From Ophelia neglecta (taxonomy: Eukaryota): a stretch of 64,000 bases of DNA. The stretch spans positions 138,818,001 through 138,882,000 of the forward strand of contig OZ260661.1 of the NCBI GenBank assembly GCA_965285935.1, in the 5' to 3' direction. The position numbers and the translations under genes were made by a program. The first letter of the stretch is position 1. Each line of letters opens with the position of its first letter. Positions 26,874 to 38,826 of this stretch are shown here, piece after piece. The notes beneath the pieces were generated by a model that saw only the letters and a program-made list of their open reading frames with translations, was not told where the DNA came from and did not search any database.

Positions 26874-27100
26874 GTACAAAATGTATGATGCCAATTAGTG
26901 AATATCGTGTTTTGCTTCAAAGATTGAAACAAAAGTCTGTTGAAATATACAAAAGTCTTCGTCAGCCGAAGCCAGGAAGGTACCAAGAGCCGTTTAAGGG
27001 ATCAAAGAGATGGTGTGTGAGATTTCATAACCGGCACGGACTTGTAAGAAGAGCTGTTACTTCAACAGGGCAGCAAATTCCCGCGCATGTTCAAGAAGAT
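26874..27100 (+). pseudogene. pogo/Tigger transposase fragment (CENP-B-type HTH)
   Basis: FKGSKRWCVRFHNRHGLVRRAVTSTGQQIP matches the FKAS.GW..RF..RHGL..R..T...Q..P HTH motif; cut off by the adjacent SINE. Confidence 0.8.
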
Positions 27101-27104
27101 GAGG

Positions 27105-27522
27105 TAGATCGGGGTTCGAATCCCGATCGCGTCACACCCAAGACGTAAAAGTAGGCACTGATAGCTCCCCTGCCAGGCGCGGTATTTCGGGGGTAGTATC
27201 AGGACTGGGCAACCCGGTGTCAGTACAACGTGACTGGGTGGGGCTCCCTGTCTGGTGTCTAGGGCAGGTACTCCAGTGAGGCAGCACTTTACAGAGGGCA
27301 TTGAGCCCACTGTCACAAGTAGGTGTCGTAGCCTGATTATAAATACAAACCGATCCTTATTTCATATTACATAACATGTATGGTCCCTTTGGACAGTTCT
27401 CGGTTGTCAATAAATAGTTCATGCAAATGGCGTCTCGGAGTAGTGATTAAGCTTCACAGTAGGTACCATGGCGATATGACCGATAAGCGTTGAAAGCCAC
27501 GTAAAAACCCCAAACAACCAAC
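27105..27522 (+). mobile_element. 5'-truncated Meta-type tRNA SINE interrupted by a solo LTR
   Basis: B box GGTTCGAATCC; colinear with the SINE at 40-361; (AACC)-type tail. Confidence 0.85.
27324..27458. mobile_element. 135-bp solo LTR
   Basis: TGT...ACA termini; 5-bp TSD GTAGG at 27319-27323 and 27459-27463; internal AATAAA; absent from the uninterrupted SINE copy. Confidence 0.72.
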
Positions 27523-29458
27523 CGCATTCACTAGAAGTCATTTGCTATGAGGGGTTGAGCATAAATCACTTTTCTAGTTTCTGTGAAAGTTGTATGACCC
27601 TGGGGCCCTGTTCCTTCTCCCTCCGATTGTGGACATTTGAATTACTCAGATACTTTGTTCTTTAGAAAAGCCAGTTAGTTGGTTTTCAACTTCATACTTG
27701 GTGTTATTTCATGCAAATTAACCAGTCATTAGACCAGTCATTAGACCACTTATATTTAATAAAGTGATTCTCAGGCATTTGATTTCAAGAAAATAGGCCA
27801 GAAGGGATATTCCTGACCCCATTCCTTCACCCCAACCTCATCCATCCCCCCACCCAATGTAAGTCTCCACCGAACCCCATGTCCTAGTATTTAAATGACC
27901 ACCTGCTTAATGATCTACTGTTACTTATTTTTGTTCTGGATCTGCAGTTGAATCTGATCACAAAACCACTACGAGAATCACTCCCGGGAATCACTGTTAA
28001 AATTAAATACCTGTTAAGACTTTAATATATCAATTAAACTCAGTAAAGCTATTTATTTCACTTGGAGGACCAACAGTACTTTGACATGAGCATATATCTA
28101 TATAGGTATCGGTATAAGATTTGTTCCAATCCAATCATGCAATGATGTCAAACACACCATACACGCCACACACCACACGCATACGGCATTTACTTGCATA
28201 AAGTAGGTATGTACCGATTGGCGGAAAACGCGGAATTTTGCGGAAGTGTGGAAATATATTTTCTGACCCTATAATGCGATTTAAAAGTGCAAAGTAACTT
28301 TTACTTGTCATCATCTATCTATCTGCTGCATTTATAACATGAATGTAACCTATCTGTCTTCTCAGGAAAAAAAATCCGTGAAATAAGTCTTTTTTGGTAG
28401 TCTCCGTTCAGCTATACCATTCTGGCCGCTTATGCATTGGACAATGTTAGTCAGCGTGGATTCTAGCGGTATAAGCTACATCTATGTATGTAATTACTCC
28501 TCAGCCTTTACGCTAGTAGCTAATATTTTCTTTGCCATCGATATCTCACAATTTAATGCTTCTGTTTCTTTTGTTCTCACGTTGAAGTACCATAATAGTA
28601 GGCCTATGGGGCCACTCAGGCTGTGAACAAGATTATTGGATGTTCCAGACTACGAAAATGGGTGTCTGGTCAAAACGTCCCCGGTCCGGAACGTCCCCGG
28701 CCAAAACGTACCCGGTACTTAGGTCAAAACGTACCCATCTGAAGAGATGAAATGAAATACTAAAAACAATTTTTGTTGTAAGCTATACGTAGTTTTTGCG
28801 TACAAAAACGCTGAACAGACGTATATATTCAAAGTTGGATCGATTTTTTCCTCAAAAGTCCCCAGAACCCAATTTTTCAGTGGTTGTTCACTACGACTTA
28901 TATTACCATCTATACCAAAACCTAGAGTACCCCGCCATAACTTTTATTCTAGAGTGGAAATAGTGAGAATTGGTGAACTAAAATACCGGCTTTTTTTTTT
29001 CTTGGGGCCATCATGATAACCCAGAAGCAGATATGGAGTTTTTTTCTGTTGCATATAGTAGCAGACATAATTGACTTTCTTTGTAGCCTTAATTTGTATG
29101 AAAATAATAAAAACTGCTCGGCGTAGGCTCCATTTTATTTGTGAAGGTTTCATGCATATTTTCGAGAAGCCATGAGATCTTTTTCTGACGTCAGGTCGTG
29201 GCCCGATGTTCAATGTTTTGTAACACATTTGAGTGGGCGGGTCAATGAATATGGAAGTGCATCACACAAAAGAAATATGTGTAACTCAAGAGTTAGGCTA
29301 CCAAGCTGATAGCGCGCGATTCGTTGGCAGAAACGACAAGCTGATAGCTTGTTAGGCTATAGCTTTGTCATGGAGGGCCAAACCATACATAACTTACTAT
29401 TGGTATGGAGTGGCATTGAATAGAATATTACAACATTACATACTGGCGCAGACATTAC

Positions 29459-31564
29459 GGTGTCCAGTCAACTCGTGCGGGTGCTAACTCGCACGGGCCA
29501 CAACTCGCGCGCGTGCCAAGTCGCTCGAGGTTATTTTCACAGTTATTGTGTTTGGTTGGTTTACTGCATTGCCGTGGATAAATAGCTCTTGCTATTTGCC
29601 GATGATTGTGTATTGATATCTGATACACCGCATGGCCTGCAAGAGTGTCTGGACTCATTGAAAAAATTCTGTGATGAATGGGCACTCATTGTAAATAAAA
29701 TAAAAACGAAAATACTGGTATTTGGTAATGGGACTAGAATTTCAAACAAAAAGTTCTATTACAACGGTGACTTGCTTGAAAATGTTGACAGTTTTGTGTA
29801 TTTAGGGGTGACGCTATCTATGACTACTGCATGGAAAAAGGCCAAGGATAGGTGTATCAAACAGGCACACAAATCACAGTATTTACTTGAAAAGAGGTTA
29901 TACTACCTGAAACTGCCAATTTCGGAAAAGTATAAACTTTTCGAAACTTTTGTCGAACCGGTTTTGTTGTACGGGGCGGAACTATGGGGTCACACCCCAT
30001 GTATTGATATTGATAGGGTACAGTTGGCTTTTATCAAGAAACATCTTCACTTGAAAAAGACAACTCAAACTGACATGGTTTACTTGGAGCTTGGCATAGT
30101 CCCGCTCTCTTTCAAGCGGCACTGCAGAGTTGCAGCGTACTGGGCCTCCTTGGTAGACCCAAATTCTGGGGACAAACTCTCTGTTAAGGTTTTCAGGCGC
30201 ATGCGTACTCAGAGGCACAGCAGTTGGTGTCTAGGCGTCAGGGACATTTTGTTCAAATATGGGTTTGGTAGCTATTGGTTGTCGGAAGCCGTAGGAAGTA
30301 AAAAGATGTTCATGAAGTTGTTTCAGGAAGCAGGGGAGATTGACAGCATGTTAGAATGCTATTACCGATGTCTTGGTTCCTCCAAGTCTGTTTTCTTTAG
30401 GAATTTGGTTCTCGACGTCCCGTTCAAAACCGGGGCGTGGCATTTGTATTGGTTGGGTGTAAGGAACGCATGCGAGATTAGTCGTTTTCGTTTAAGAAAC
30501 TGTTACATCGGTGTTGAAACTGCGACCTGGAAGGACCAGCCGATCGATGGCGAATTGTGTGAAATCTGTGGGGTGGATGATACGGAGTTACACTACATAC
30601 TGGAGTGTCCGCAATTTGATGAGCTAAGAAAATCTTATCTTGACCCTTTCTACTTCAGTGAGCCAAGTGAAGACCAATTGAGGGAGCTTTTTCTATGCAA
30701 GGATCAACGGATTTTGAACAATCTGGCTATTTATTTAAGAAAAGCTAACACTATTAAACGTGAAACTTACTATTGTTTAAAAAGGACACGAGATGATAAA
30801 GACATCGGATTGCACGACACTTTCGTTATTTAGTTGGAGCTACTGAAACTTACTGTTTATACTTCCATACACCTACTTATAATATTTGTGCTTTATACTT
30901 GCAACTAGTAAATTTGAAAAGTGTAAATTTAATGTAGATTTTTTTAAGTATCATTAAGTATACATTGAAAGATATTTAATTGTCGGATTTACATTTTCAC
31001 AAACCTTCTGCTTAATGCTATTTTTATAGCTAACAGTTCATTTTGTGTGAGAGCTTAACCATCCTGTATATGGAGGATAGCCAATAAATTCGTATTCGTA
31101 TTCGTATTCGTATATCTGGTGTTAAAAAGAACACGTTGTTTTGGTTGTGGAGGGTGTAACAACTAACTTGTGGTAATTTTACCACCATATAGATCGCGAG
31201 AATTTCTAAATATATATACGTATTACTGCTCATTCCCATGTCACAGTGCTTTCTAAACTCAGTAATTAGGAATAAAATATGTAGGGCGACTACGTATAGC
31301 ACTCGAAGGCGAGTTAGCTAGTCACCATAGGACTTCGTCGGCAAACAGGTCGACTTGGATAAAGGGTGACTACGCTTAGGGGCGAGTAATGGTTTCTATT
31401 TATTTATTTCATATTTACAAATCATAATAGGAGTTATGGATGTCTACATGTCAACATGTCAAACATACTAAACTATATTAAAACAAGCACGCGCGAGTTG
31501 CCTGCCGCGCGAGTTGGCATAGAACGTCGTGCGAGTTGGCGCCCGCGCGAGTTGACCCGGGACC
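29459..31564. mobile_element. Non-autonomous DNA transposon with 8-bp TSD and GG-start TIRs (MULE/Merlin-like), hosting a LINE
   Basis: Left end GGTGTCCAGTCAACTCGTGCGGGTGCTAACTCGCACG versus reverse complement of right end GGTCCCGGGTCAACTCGCGCGGGCGCCAACTCGCACG. TSD GACATTAC at 29451-29458 and 31565-31572. Confidence 0.8.
29586..31113 (+). mobile_element. 5'-truncated non-LTR retrotransposon (RTE-X-like); RT C-terminal ORF 29589-30833
   Basis: LLFADD, KTK, FVYLG RT motifs; C-terminal CEIC..HYILEC; AATAAA followed by an (ATTCGT)n tail. Clade assignment is tentative. Confidence 0.88.
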
Positions 31565-32687
31565 GACATTACTTCCTGATAGTAGCAGCAGCAGTGGTAG
31601 TAGTAGCACGATCGTAAGGTTATTCCCACATATCCTTGTCCCAAACATATCAATAATGGTTAAATATATACTGTGTGTCAAGGTGTTGCGTAAGGGAGCG
31701 TTCAATATTTATGGCCGGGGGGGGGTAAATTTTTGAAATGAGTACGTCAAAAAAAATTGCTCCCCCCTGGAAATAGGTGGGGAAAAAAATTGCCCCCCCC
31801 CCCTCAGAAATAGGTGGGAAAAATCGCCCCCCCCCCCTTGGAAATAGGTGGAAAAATAATTGCCCCCCCCCCCCCATCAAAGACAGGCGGCAGATATCAG
31901 GCTTATGACATTATTCATTTTTATTCTATACATTTGAACACATTTGCAGCTAGATAATAACAACATCTATGATCTATACAATTTTCACCACTGGGTTTGT
32001 CGGAATATTACAATATTAATACATATAATAGTCACTAAAAGTTCTTTTCCTGATGGTTGGACCTGAGCTTCGGTCGAAAATGTTATCACTCTTTTTGAGT
32101 GACTATTAAAGGCTGTAATATGAAATATATTGAGATGTGTTCATTACCCACAAAATGATATAGCGAAACTTTTGTATGTTTTTAATGTGATTGTTTGTAA
32201 AAGTTGTACTATGTATCATTGCACATCATGTCAATACATCTATCACATATAAGAAAGTTGGTGAGACAGCAGATACATTGATCAACTGGCCCCATTGGGG
32301 GTGGCCCAATGGAACATCCTCATTCAAACGTCCTCGTAATTCCAGTTATTATACTTGAATTTTATTTCAATTGGATATATGTATCACTGTGCAATTGCCG
32401 GCTTTATTCTTTAAAGTTTTGTTTGTGCTGTATTGGTGCATAAAACTTTCTGTTTAAGAACTTTTGTTATTTGTATTAGGACAGGTTCTCATACATACTG
32501 AATTTTATATTATATGTTCAGTATTTTTCAGTTTACTAGTCGATTTGTTTAAGTGTGCATGTCTGGTCAGTGTTGCGTGAAATTTTGTTCTTTTGTGTCA
32601 GGCTGTTGCACAGCAGATACTTTAGTGACTCATTTTGTGTTTGTCAATGTTTTTTTTTACTGATTCATGATTTTTTAGAATGCTAGT

Positions 32688-32934
32688 CAGGGGTCTACAC
32701 TAACTATTGCCCGACATCCCGGGGCACTCAAATCTGCTTGCGGGCACAAAGGTTTTAGTTACTAACTTCCCGCCGGGCAACCTGCTAAAATTCCACAAAT
32801 AGCTGATTGTTGGATATCTTGTATGTTTTATATGTACAAATATTTTGGGACAGAAAGCCTATGGTGCGGGCAAGTAGATTCCTGCTGCTTCTAGCCCTCA
32901 GGGCAAGTGCTGAGAAAAGTTAGTGTAGACCCTG
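32688..32934. mobile_element. hAT-like MITE
   Basis: TIR CAGGG(G)TCTACACTAACT / AGTTAGTGTAGACCCTG; GCTAGT(C) on both flanks (degenerate 8-bp TSD). Confidence 0.72.
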
Positions 32935-33028
32935 GCTAGTCCTGTGTCAATGGGAACATCTTGTCATATTGTACGTTTCTAGAAGTCCTAAATCTGTTAT
33001 TATCTCATTGTTTTGATAAGTATTGTAT

Positions 33029-33418
33029 TGTAATGAAGTTGGCCTGGGCAGGCCATGTGTTGGCCCACGTTGCCTGGAGGCCAGGGGAGAGCGATGTGCT
33101 CTGGTCGGCGTCTGACTCTTGAATGGTGAGATGCCGCTTGCTTTTACATTGGGCTTATGGGAGCCATATAAAAGCATTTGCACCAATGGTCACGAGGAAA
33201 GACAGGACATTAATCAAAGCCGGAGCAAGAAATCGCGTAGGACATAAGGAAAAATAGTGACACAGGATTGTGAAAAATACGGACTTTATTCGAGAAACTA
33301 AGGTTTGTGGCTCATTTGGAGCCTTATTTTTGTATTTAAAGTTAATAAAAATTGTATACCTGTTTTCATGTGTTGAGTTACTCTGTCGCACAAAGCCCAA
33401 CCGGCAAACATTGTCACA
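33029..33418 (+). repeat. Gypsy 5' LTR
   Basis: TGTAATGAAG...TTGTCACA; contains TATAAAA and AATAAA. About 13 substitutions versus the 3' LTR by hand count. Confidence 0.97.
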
Positions 33419-33419
33419 T

Positions 33420-33437
33420 TGGTGCCGTGACCAGGAT
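33420..33437 (+). promoter_or_regulatory. Primer-binding site, tRNA-His type
   Basis: TGGTGCCGTGACCAGGAT directly after the 5' LTR, complementary to the tRNA-His 3' end (..GTCACGGCACCA). Confidence 0.85.
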
Positions 33438-34224
33438 TTAGTCTCTGCTCATTCAATGAGTATGCTAATTTTTCGAACTTTGTCTGGCTTTGTGTGAGAG
33501 AGTGGCTTTATCTCGGACTTGCCGGGAAATTTGTGACAGTTTGCGGACTTGGTGAAATGTCTGCCGCGATTGATGGTTGCTAGTGAGCAACTTGTAGAAT
33601 TGGTTGTTGACTTGTGACAGTTAGCGGACTTACGTGAAAGTCCGTTGCGATTGATAGTTGCTGAGTGAGCAACTTTTAGAATTGTTTGTTGTTTGTTTTG
33701 TGGGACTTGGCTTCATGTCTGATTCTGATAAGCCTCGCAGTGATGGGAAATTGGTAGACGGTGAAGGGTACTGGCAGGGTAGGGGCGAGTGCGACCCGCG
33801 TGACCCTAGGAGCTACCCCGAGTCTTATTTCAATGCTCAGTCTATAGGTAAAAACTTGCGGTGTTACAGTGCTGCATTGACTACTGCAAGTATGGCCGCG
33901 TGAGGGGACTGAGGTATTCCCGTGGCTGTAAAGCCTGTCGTGGAGGCTGGCGATAGTGATTAGCGATATCGCGCGAAAGTGTTGTTGTTAGTTTTAAGGT
34001 GTTAATTTAGTGAGTTGTGAAACTCACTAGTGAATTGTTTTGTTGCATGTATTTTTGTTACAGCTGTAAGGTAAGTCATTGATTGTCGTTGCATGTGTAA
34101 TATTTTATTGTCGAAGTGGTGATTTGTCAGCGCTTCGTGTGATCTGTGTGGTGGCACTTGCCGGCTCGTTCTGGCCGTGTGAAGGGTGTGTTGCCACTAG
34201 TTAGTTTTTAAGTTGTATTCGGTG

Positions 34225-36094
34225 ATGGCGGATCAGCCAGGAGGGGTAGGTGAAGTCCCTTGGCTGAAGGAAGGAGAAGAGGGGCGAAGTGAATCGCCAG
34301 ACCTCGGGCTTCTCCGATTGTTTGGCTATGATAGGGAGTCGGTGCCTCACGGAAAATATGAGTACACCGAGGGGTCCAGCCGGGCGGAGTCGTTGAGAGA
34401 GATACGGGGTATGAGTCGAGAAGCCCCATGGTTGTGTCGAGGCCTCCTCGGGGTTTGAAGTCCCCAGGAGTGAGGTTCAGATTGGATGGGGATAGCCCCG
34501 GGCTTGGTCGTGAGCCAGCCGGGGAAATTGCTGAGTCACCGAGCTGGGTTGAGTCGAGTAGAGTTGGCGGGTTTTCCGAGCCTCGAGCAGACAGGTGGTC
34601 CCAGGCACGGCGTAGAGACAGGCGTCCCGCTGAGAGGCTGAGACAATCAGGCGCCGGCGGGAATGTCGGGTCCTTTGATGTGGTTGGTGACTCAGCGCCC
34701 TATGAAGACCAGTGGCGTAGTGACAGGCTGAGAGGCCGAGACAATCAGGCGCCGGCGGGAATGTCGGGTCCTTTGATGTGGTTTGCGACTCAGCGCTCCA
34801 TGAAGGCAAGTGGCGAGGTGACAGGCGACCCGCTGAGAGGCCGAGACAATCAGGCGCCGGCGGGAATGTCGGGTCCTTTGATGTGGTTGGTGACTCAGCG
34901 CCCTATGAAGACCAGTGGCGTAGTGACAGGCGTCCCGCTGAGAGGCCGAGACAATCAGGCGCCGGCTGGAATGTCGGTTCCTTGGACGTGGGAGGTGGCC
35001 CGCTACATGACAGCTGGTGGCGTGAAGAGCCTGGCGGTGGCCGGGGCTTTGGTGCCGGTGGTAGGGGACCTCCCGGAGGAGCGGAAGGTCTCGAAGGGAG
35101 CTTTGTGTCTCCTAATATGACAAGTGGGTATCGTGTCCCTCCTTCGCCGAGGGCCAGGTATGAACGGGATGTGGTTCCCGCGCCAAAGTTTGATGGCACT
35201 GGTAGTTTTAAGGATTTTCTAATCCAGTTTGAATTGGCTGCCAATGCAAATGGCTGGGACGAGCGCTTGTGTTTGACTAAGCTGGCCGTCTCATTGAAGG
35301 GAAAGGCCTGCTTTATTTTGGGGGTGATGGGCCCCGAGCAGAGGTCTACTTATTTGGCGCTGAAACGCGCGTTGATAAACTTTTTCGAGCCGGAAAATCA
35401 GTGGGAGATCTACCGGGCTGAATTGAAAGGGCGCGTGAAAAGGCGAAATGAGTCTGTTACTGAGTTGGCCCATAATATTTTGCGGTTGAGACAAAAGGCT
35501 TATCCCCGTGCTGATGTAACTATGCACAGTGAACTAGCAAGGGATAGCTTTGTGGACGCTTTGAATGATAATAATCTCGCTTGGGCGGTCTACTTGAGAC
35601 GCCCCCGGGATATCGACGAGGCTGTACAACTCACGTTGGAGTATGAGGCCTTTTTGAAGGGTCGGTCCGGTGGACGGGCCGGAAACCTAAGGTACATTGG
35701 CGCCAGAGAAGGAGGTCCCGGTGGGACTCCTTGGCGAGGAACCGGTGACCAAGTTGGAGGCCCGGCGGAGGGCAGGCCACAGGGTAATGGTGCCCGGGGA
35801 CGTGGTAACTTGTCTCGCCGGTGGGGTCGTCCGACAAATGGAAGGGCTGGTTCTGGTAGGGCTGCGAGTGATGGTTTTGGCCCAGGTAAAGCCGAGTGTT
35901 GGTATTGTTCGTCGGACCAGCATTTGAAAAGAGACTGTGAGATCTTAAAAACTCATATGAAGGAGTTACATAATATACGAGCCAAAAGGGGCTCGAAGGG
36001 GTCGGACTCCGGTGAGGAGAATAAGGGCCCAAGTAAGGCAAAAAGTGATGCCGAAAGTAGAACTGCCGGTGCGGCTGCACAGGCGGGAAACTAA
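34225..36094 (+). pseudogene. gag: Gypsy gag (frameshifted N-terminus; capsid and zinc knuckle)
   Basis: PKFDGTGSF..FE..A..NGW capsid motif; CWYCSSDQHLKRDC CCHC knuckle; N-terminal region split over frames. Confidence 0.9.
34617..34990 (+). repeat. ~105-bp (35-codon) tandem repeat in gag, ~3.5 units
   Basis: GAGACAATCAGGCGCCGGC(G/T)GGAATGTCGG recurs four times; translation DRRPAERPRQSGAGGNVGSFDVVGDSAPYEDQWRS. Confidence 0.9.
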
Positions 36095-36127
36095 GGGCAG
36101 TCGAGGGCGAGGCCCGCCCGTCGGCTG
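36085..36127 (+). promoter_or_regulatory. -1 ribosomal frameshift signal (gag/pol)
   Basis: G GGA AAC slippery heptamer before the gag TAA, 6-nt spacer, then hairpin CAGTCGA-GGGCG/CGCCC-G-TCGGCTG. The -1 frame runs into the protease. Repeated at 46182-46224. Confidence 0.85.
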
Positions 36128-38826
36128 ATATCGGAGTACAGGTGTACCGAAGAGAGAGGGCTGAGCTCCCTGACTCGCAAACTGAGGTTCTCCGGGATCT
36201 ATGTAATATTGAATCCAGTAGTATAGATAGTACAGCTATGGGCATGTGTACTGAGCCTTTTGTCAGAGGTTTGGGTGACCAAGAAAGCTTATATTTGAAA
36301 GCAGTGGTGAACCGAAGGGCTTCGGTAAACTGCTTGTTAGATACGGGGAGCACAGTCTCAGTGATGCATACTGCTGTGTATGAATCAATTTCTGATATGT
36401 ATAGACCCGAGTTAAAAGCCAGTGTTTTGACACTGAGGATGGCCAATGGAGATGGCCTGGCTCCCTCGGGGGAGGCCGAATTTGACTTTGTATTTGAAGG
36501 AAATATGGAAGTCAGACATCGTGTCATTGTAGCGGAAATTGGGGTGCCAATAATATTGGGCCTTGATTTTCTGAGTGGGCATGATTGTAAGATTGACCCG
36601 GCCAATAACATGATAGTATTGAGAGGTCGGCAGTTGTCTTGCGCTCAGGAGGCGCAAATCCCCGCTCTGTTCAGGTTGATTGCCAGCGAAACGGTGGCTA
36701 TACCGGGTGATAGCCAGGTGCTACTCCGGGCGAGAGTTGACCGCGCTGGGGTGTACAGAACAACGGTGAACAGGGTGACAAACAATTTGTAGGGAAGCAC
36801 GGGATAGCAGTAGCGAACGCTGTGGTGGACCCGTGTAGGGAGGATTTGGTGTTAAGAGTGTTAAACCCATCTCCGGTCCCGCGAACTGTGTGTAAAAACA
36901 CTAAGGTAGCTATGGGGTTTCAGGAAAAGCCAGGAAGGGAAGTCTGCCTGGGTAAGGAGACTCCCGGCGGAGGGTCAGTAAGGACCCTTGGAACCCGGCG
37001 ACGGATAGTGGTATTATACACTTTGGCCCGTTCCCTAAATATTTGCCAATGATTCTAGATGAGTGTGTTCCGTTCATGAAAAACGAGCGAGAACACAGCG
37101 GTGTGCGTCAGTTGTTGTGGCGAAGGCAGGCGGCCTTTGCCGAGTCGCCAAGCGACTTGGGACGCACCCATCTGGCAGAGCATGTGATAGATACCGGAAA
37201 TGAGCGTCCGGTGAAAAGCCGTCCTCACCGTATGGCCTTGGCCAAGCGGGAGTTGGAGGATAAGGCCGTGCACGACTTGGTAGACAAGGGGATATTAGTG
37301 GAGTCCCACTCGCCGTGGGCCTCGCCCATTGTCTTCATAGAAAAACCAAATGGAGATGTAAGGCTGTGTGCCGATCTCAGAAGGGTTAATGCCCGGACGG
37401 TAGCTGACTCCTACCCCCTGCCAAACATGCAGGATTGCTTAGACGCGCTTAGCGGAGCTAGGTACTTCTCGGTGATTGATTTGCTATCGGGCTTTTATCA
37501 AGTGCCGATGGCAAAGAAAGATGCCGAAAAAACGGAGATTTGCATTTCTAATGGCGGATTATGGGAATTTTCGGTCATGTGTTTTGGCCTAAAAAACGCC
37601 CCATCGACTTTTGAAAGGATGATGGAGAAGGCTTTGAGCGGACTCCACTGGAAAACGTGTTTGGTGTACGTCTATGACGTCATCACGTTTGGTGCATCGT
37701 GGTTTGAACACTTGCAGCGCCTTGATGAGGTTCTGGGTCGCATTATTGAAGCGGGATTGAAAATATCCCCAGGGAAATGCTATTTGTTCAGGCCCCGTGT
37801 CCGTAAACGTAACTGAGGTGCGGTCGTTTGTGTCGAGGGTTTGCTGAAGAGGCCATAAATGCCTTGAAAGTGGCGTTAACCACCGCCCCAGTGTTGGGTT
37901 ACCCGGTGCAGGGAGCCCAGTATGCACTAGATTGTGACGCCTCGGGGGTGGCCCTAGGGTCTGTATTGTCGCAAGAAATTGAAGGGCAGGAAGTTGTGCT
38001 TGCCTACCACAGTCGTGTCCTAAGCAAGCCAGGGCGCAATTACTTTGTAACACGGCGTGAGCTCTTGGCTATAGTTGATTCCGTGAAGCATTTTCACCAC
38101 TATTTGTATGGGGTCCGTTACACGGTTAGAACCGACCATGGAGCCCTTGTCTGGCTTCTTGGCTTTAAGAACCCAGAGGGCCAGCTTGCTAGATGGCTGG
38201 AGAGGCTCAGTCAGTATGTGTTTGACGTTAAATATCGCCCAGGGCCCAGGCATCGAAATGCCGACGGTCTGAGCCGCCGGCCCTGTTCGAAGGAAAAACC
38301 CGACTGTGAATACTGCCTACGGCAGGAGACCCGTGGAGAGGTCGGGGAGGTCGAAACCCAAGGGGCTGACCGAGCGGTGGTTCGGCAGATAGCCCTAGTT
38401 GAGCCCTTCACAAAGGAAGTGGTGAAGGAAGCCCAGTCTGAAGATCCACTTTGAAACGGGTGATAGAGTGGATCTCAGCTGGGGAGAGACCAATGTGGAT
38501 GAGCATTTCAGCCGAGGGCTATGCACTGAAAAGTTATTGGTCGCAATTTGACAGATAAGTCTTGAAAAACGAAGTGTTGTATCGTCAATGGGTGCATGAC
38601 AGCAGCCAGTCTGATAAACTTCAGTTGGTATTGCCGTTTAAATTGTCAGAACAGGCTTTGATGAGCCTGCACGCAGATCTTACGGGAGGTCACCTGGGCG
38701 TGGCAAAGACAGTGTCAAAGGTACAGGCCCGGTTTTATTGGGCTGGCTATCAGAGGGATGTAGAGGCCTTTTGTCGAAAGTGCCAGGTTTGCCAGTCGCG
38801 TAATCGGCTGCCAAAGCAGCGGAAAA

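Noticed and set aside
35631-36611. 326-aa antisense ORF (also 45728-46708)
   Set aside because: Shadow of GC-rich gag/protease; its presence in both copies only reflects the recent duplication.
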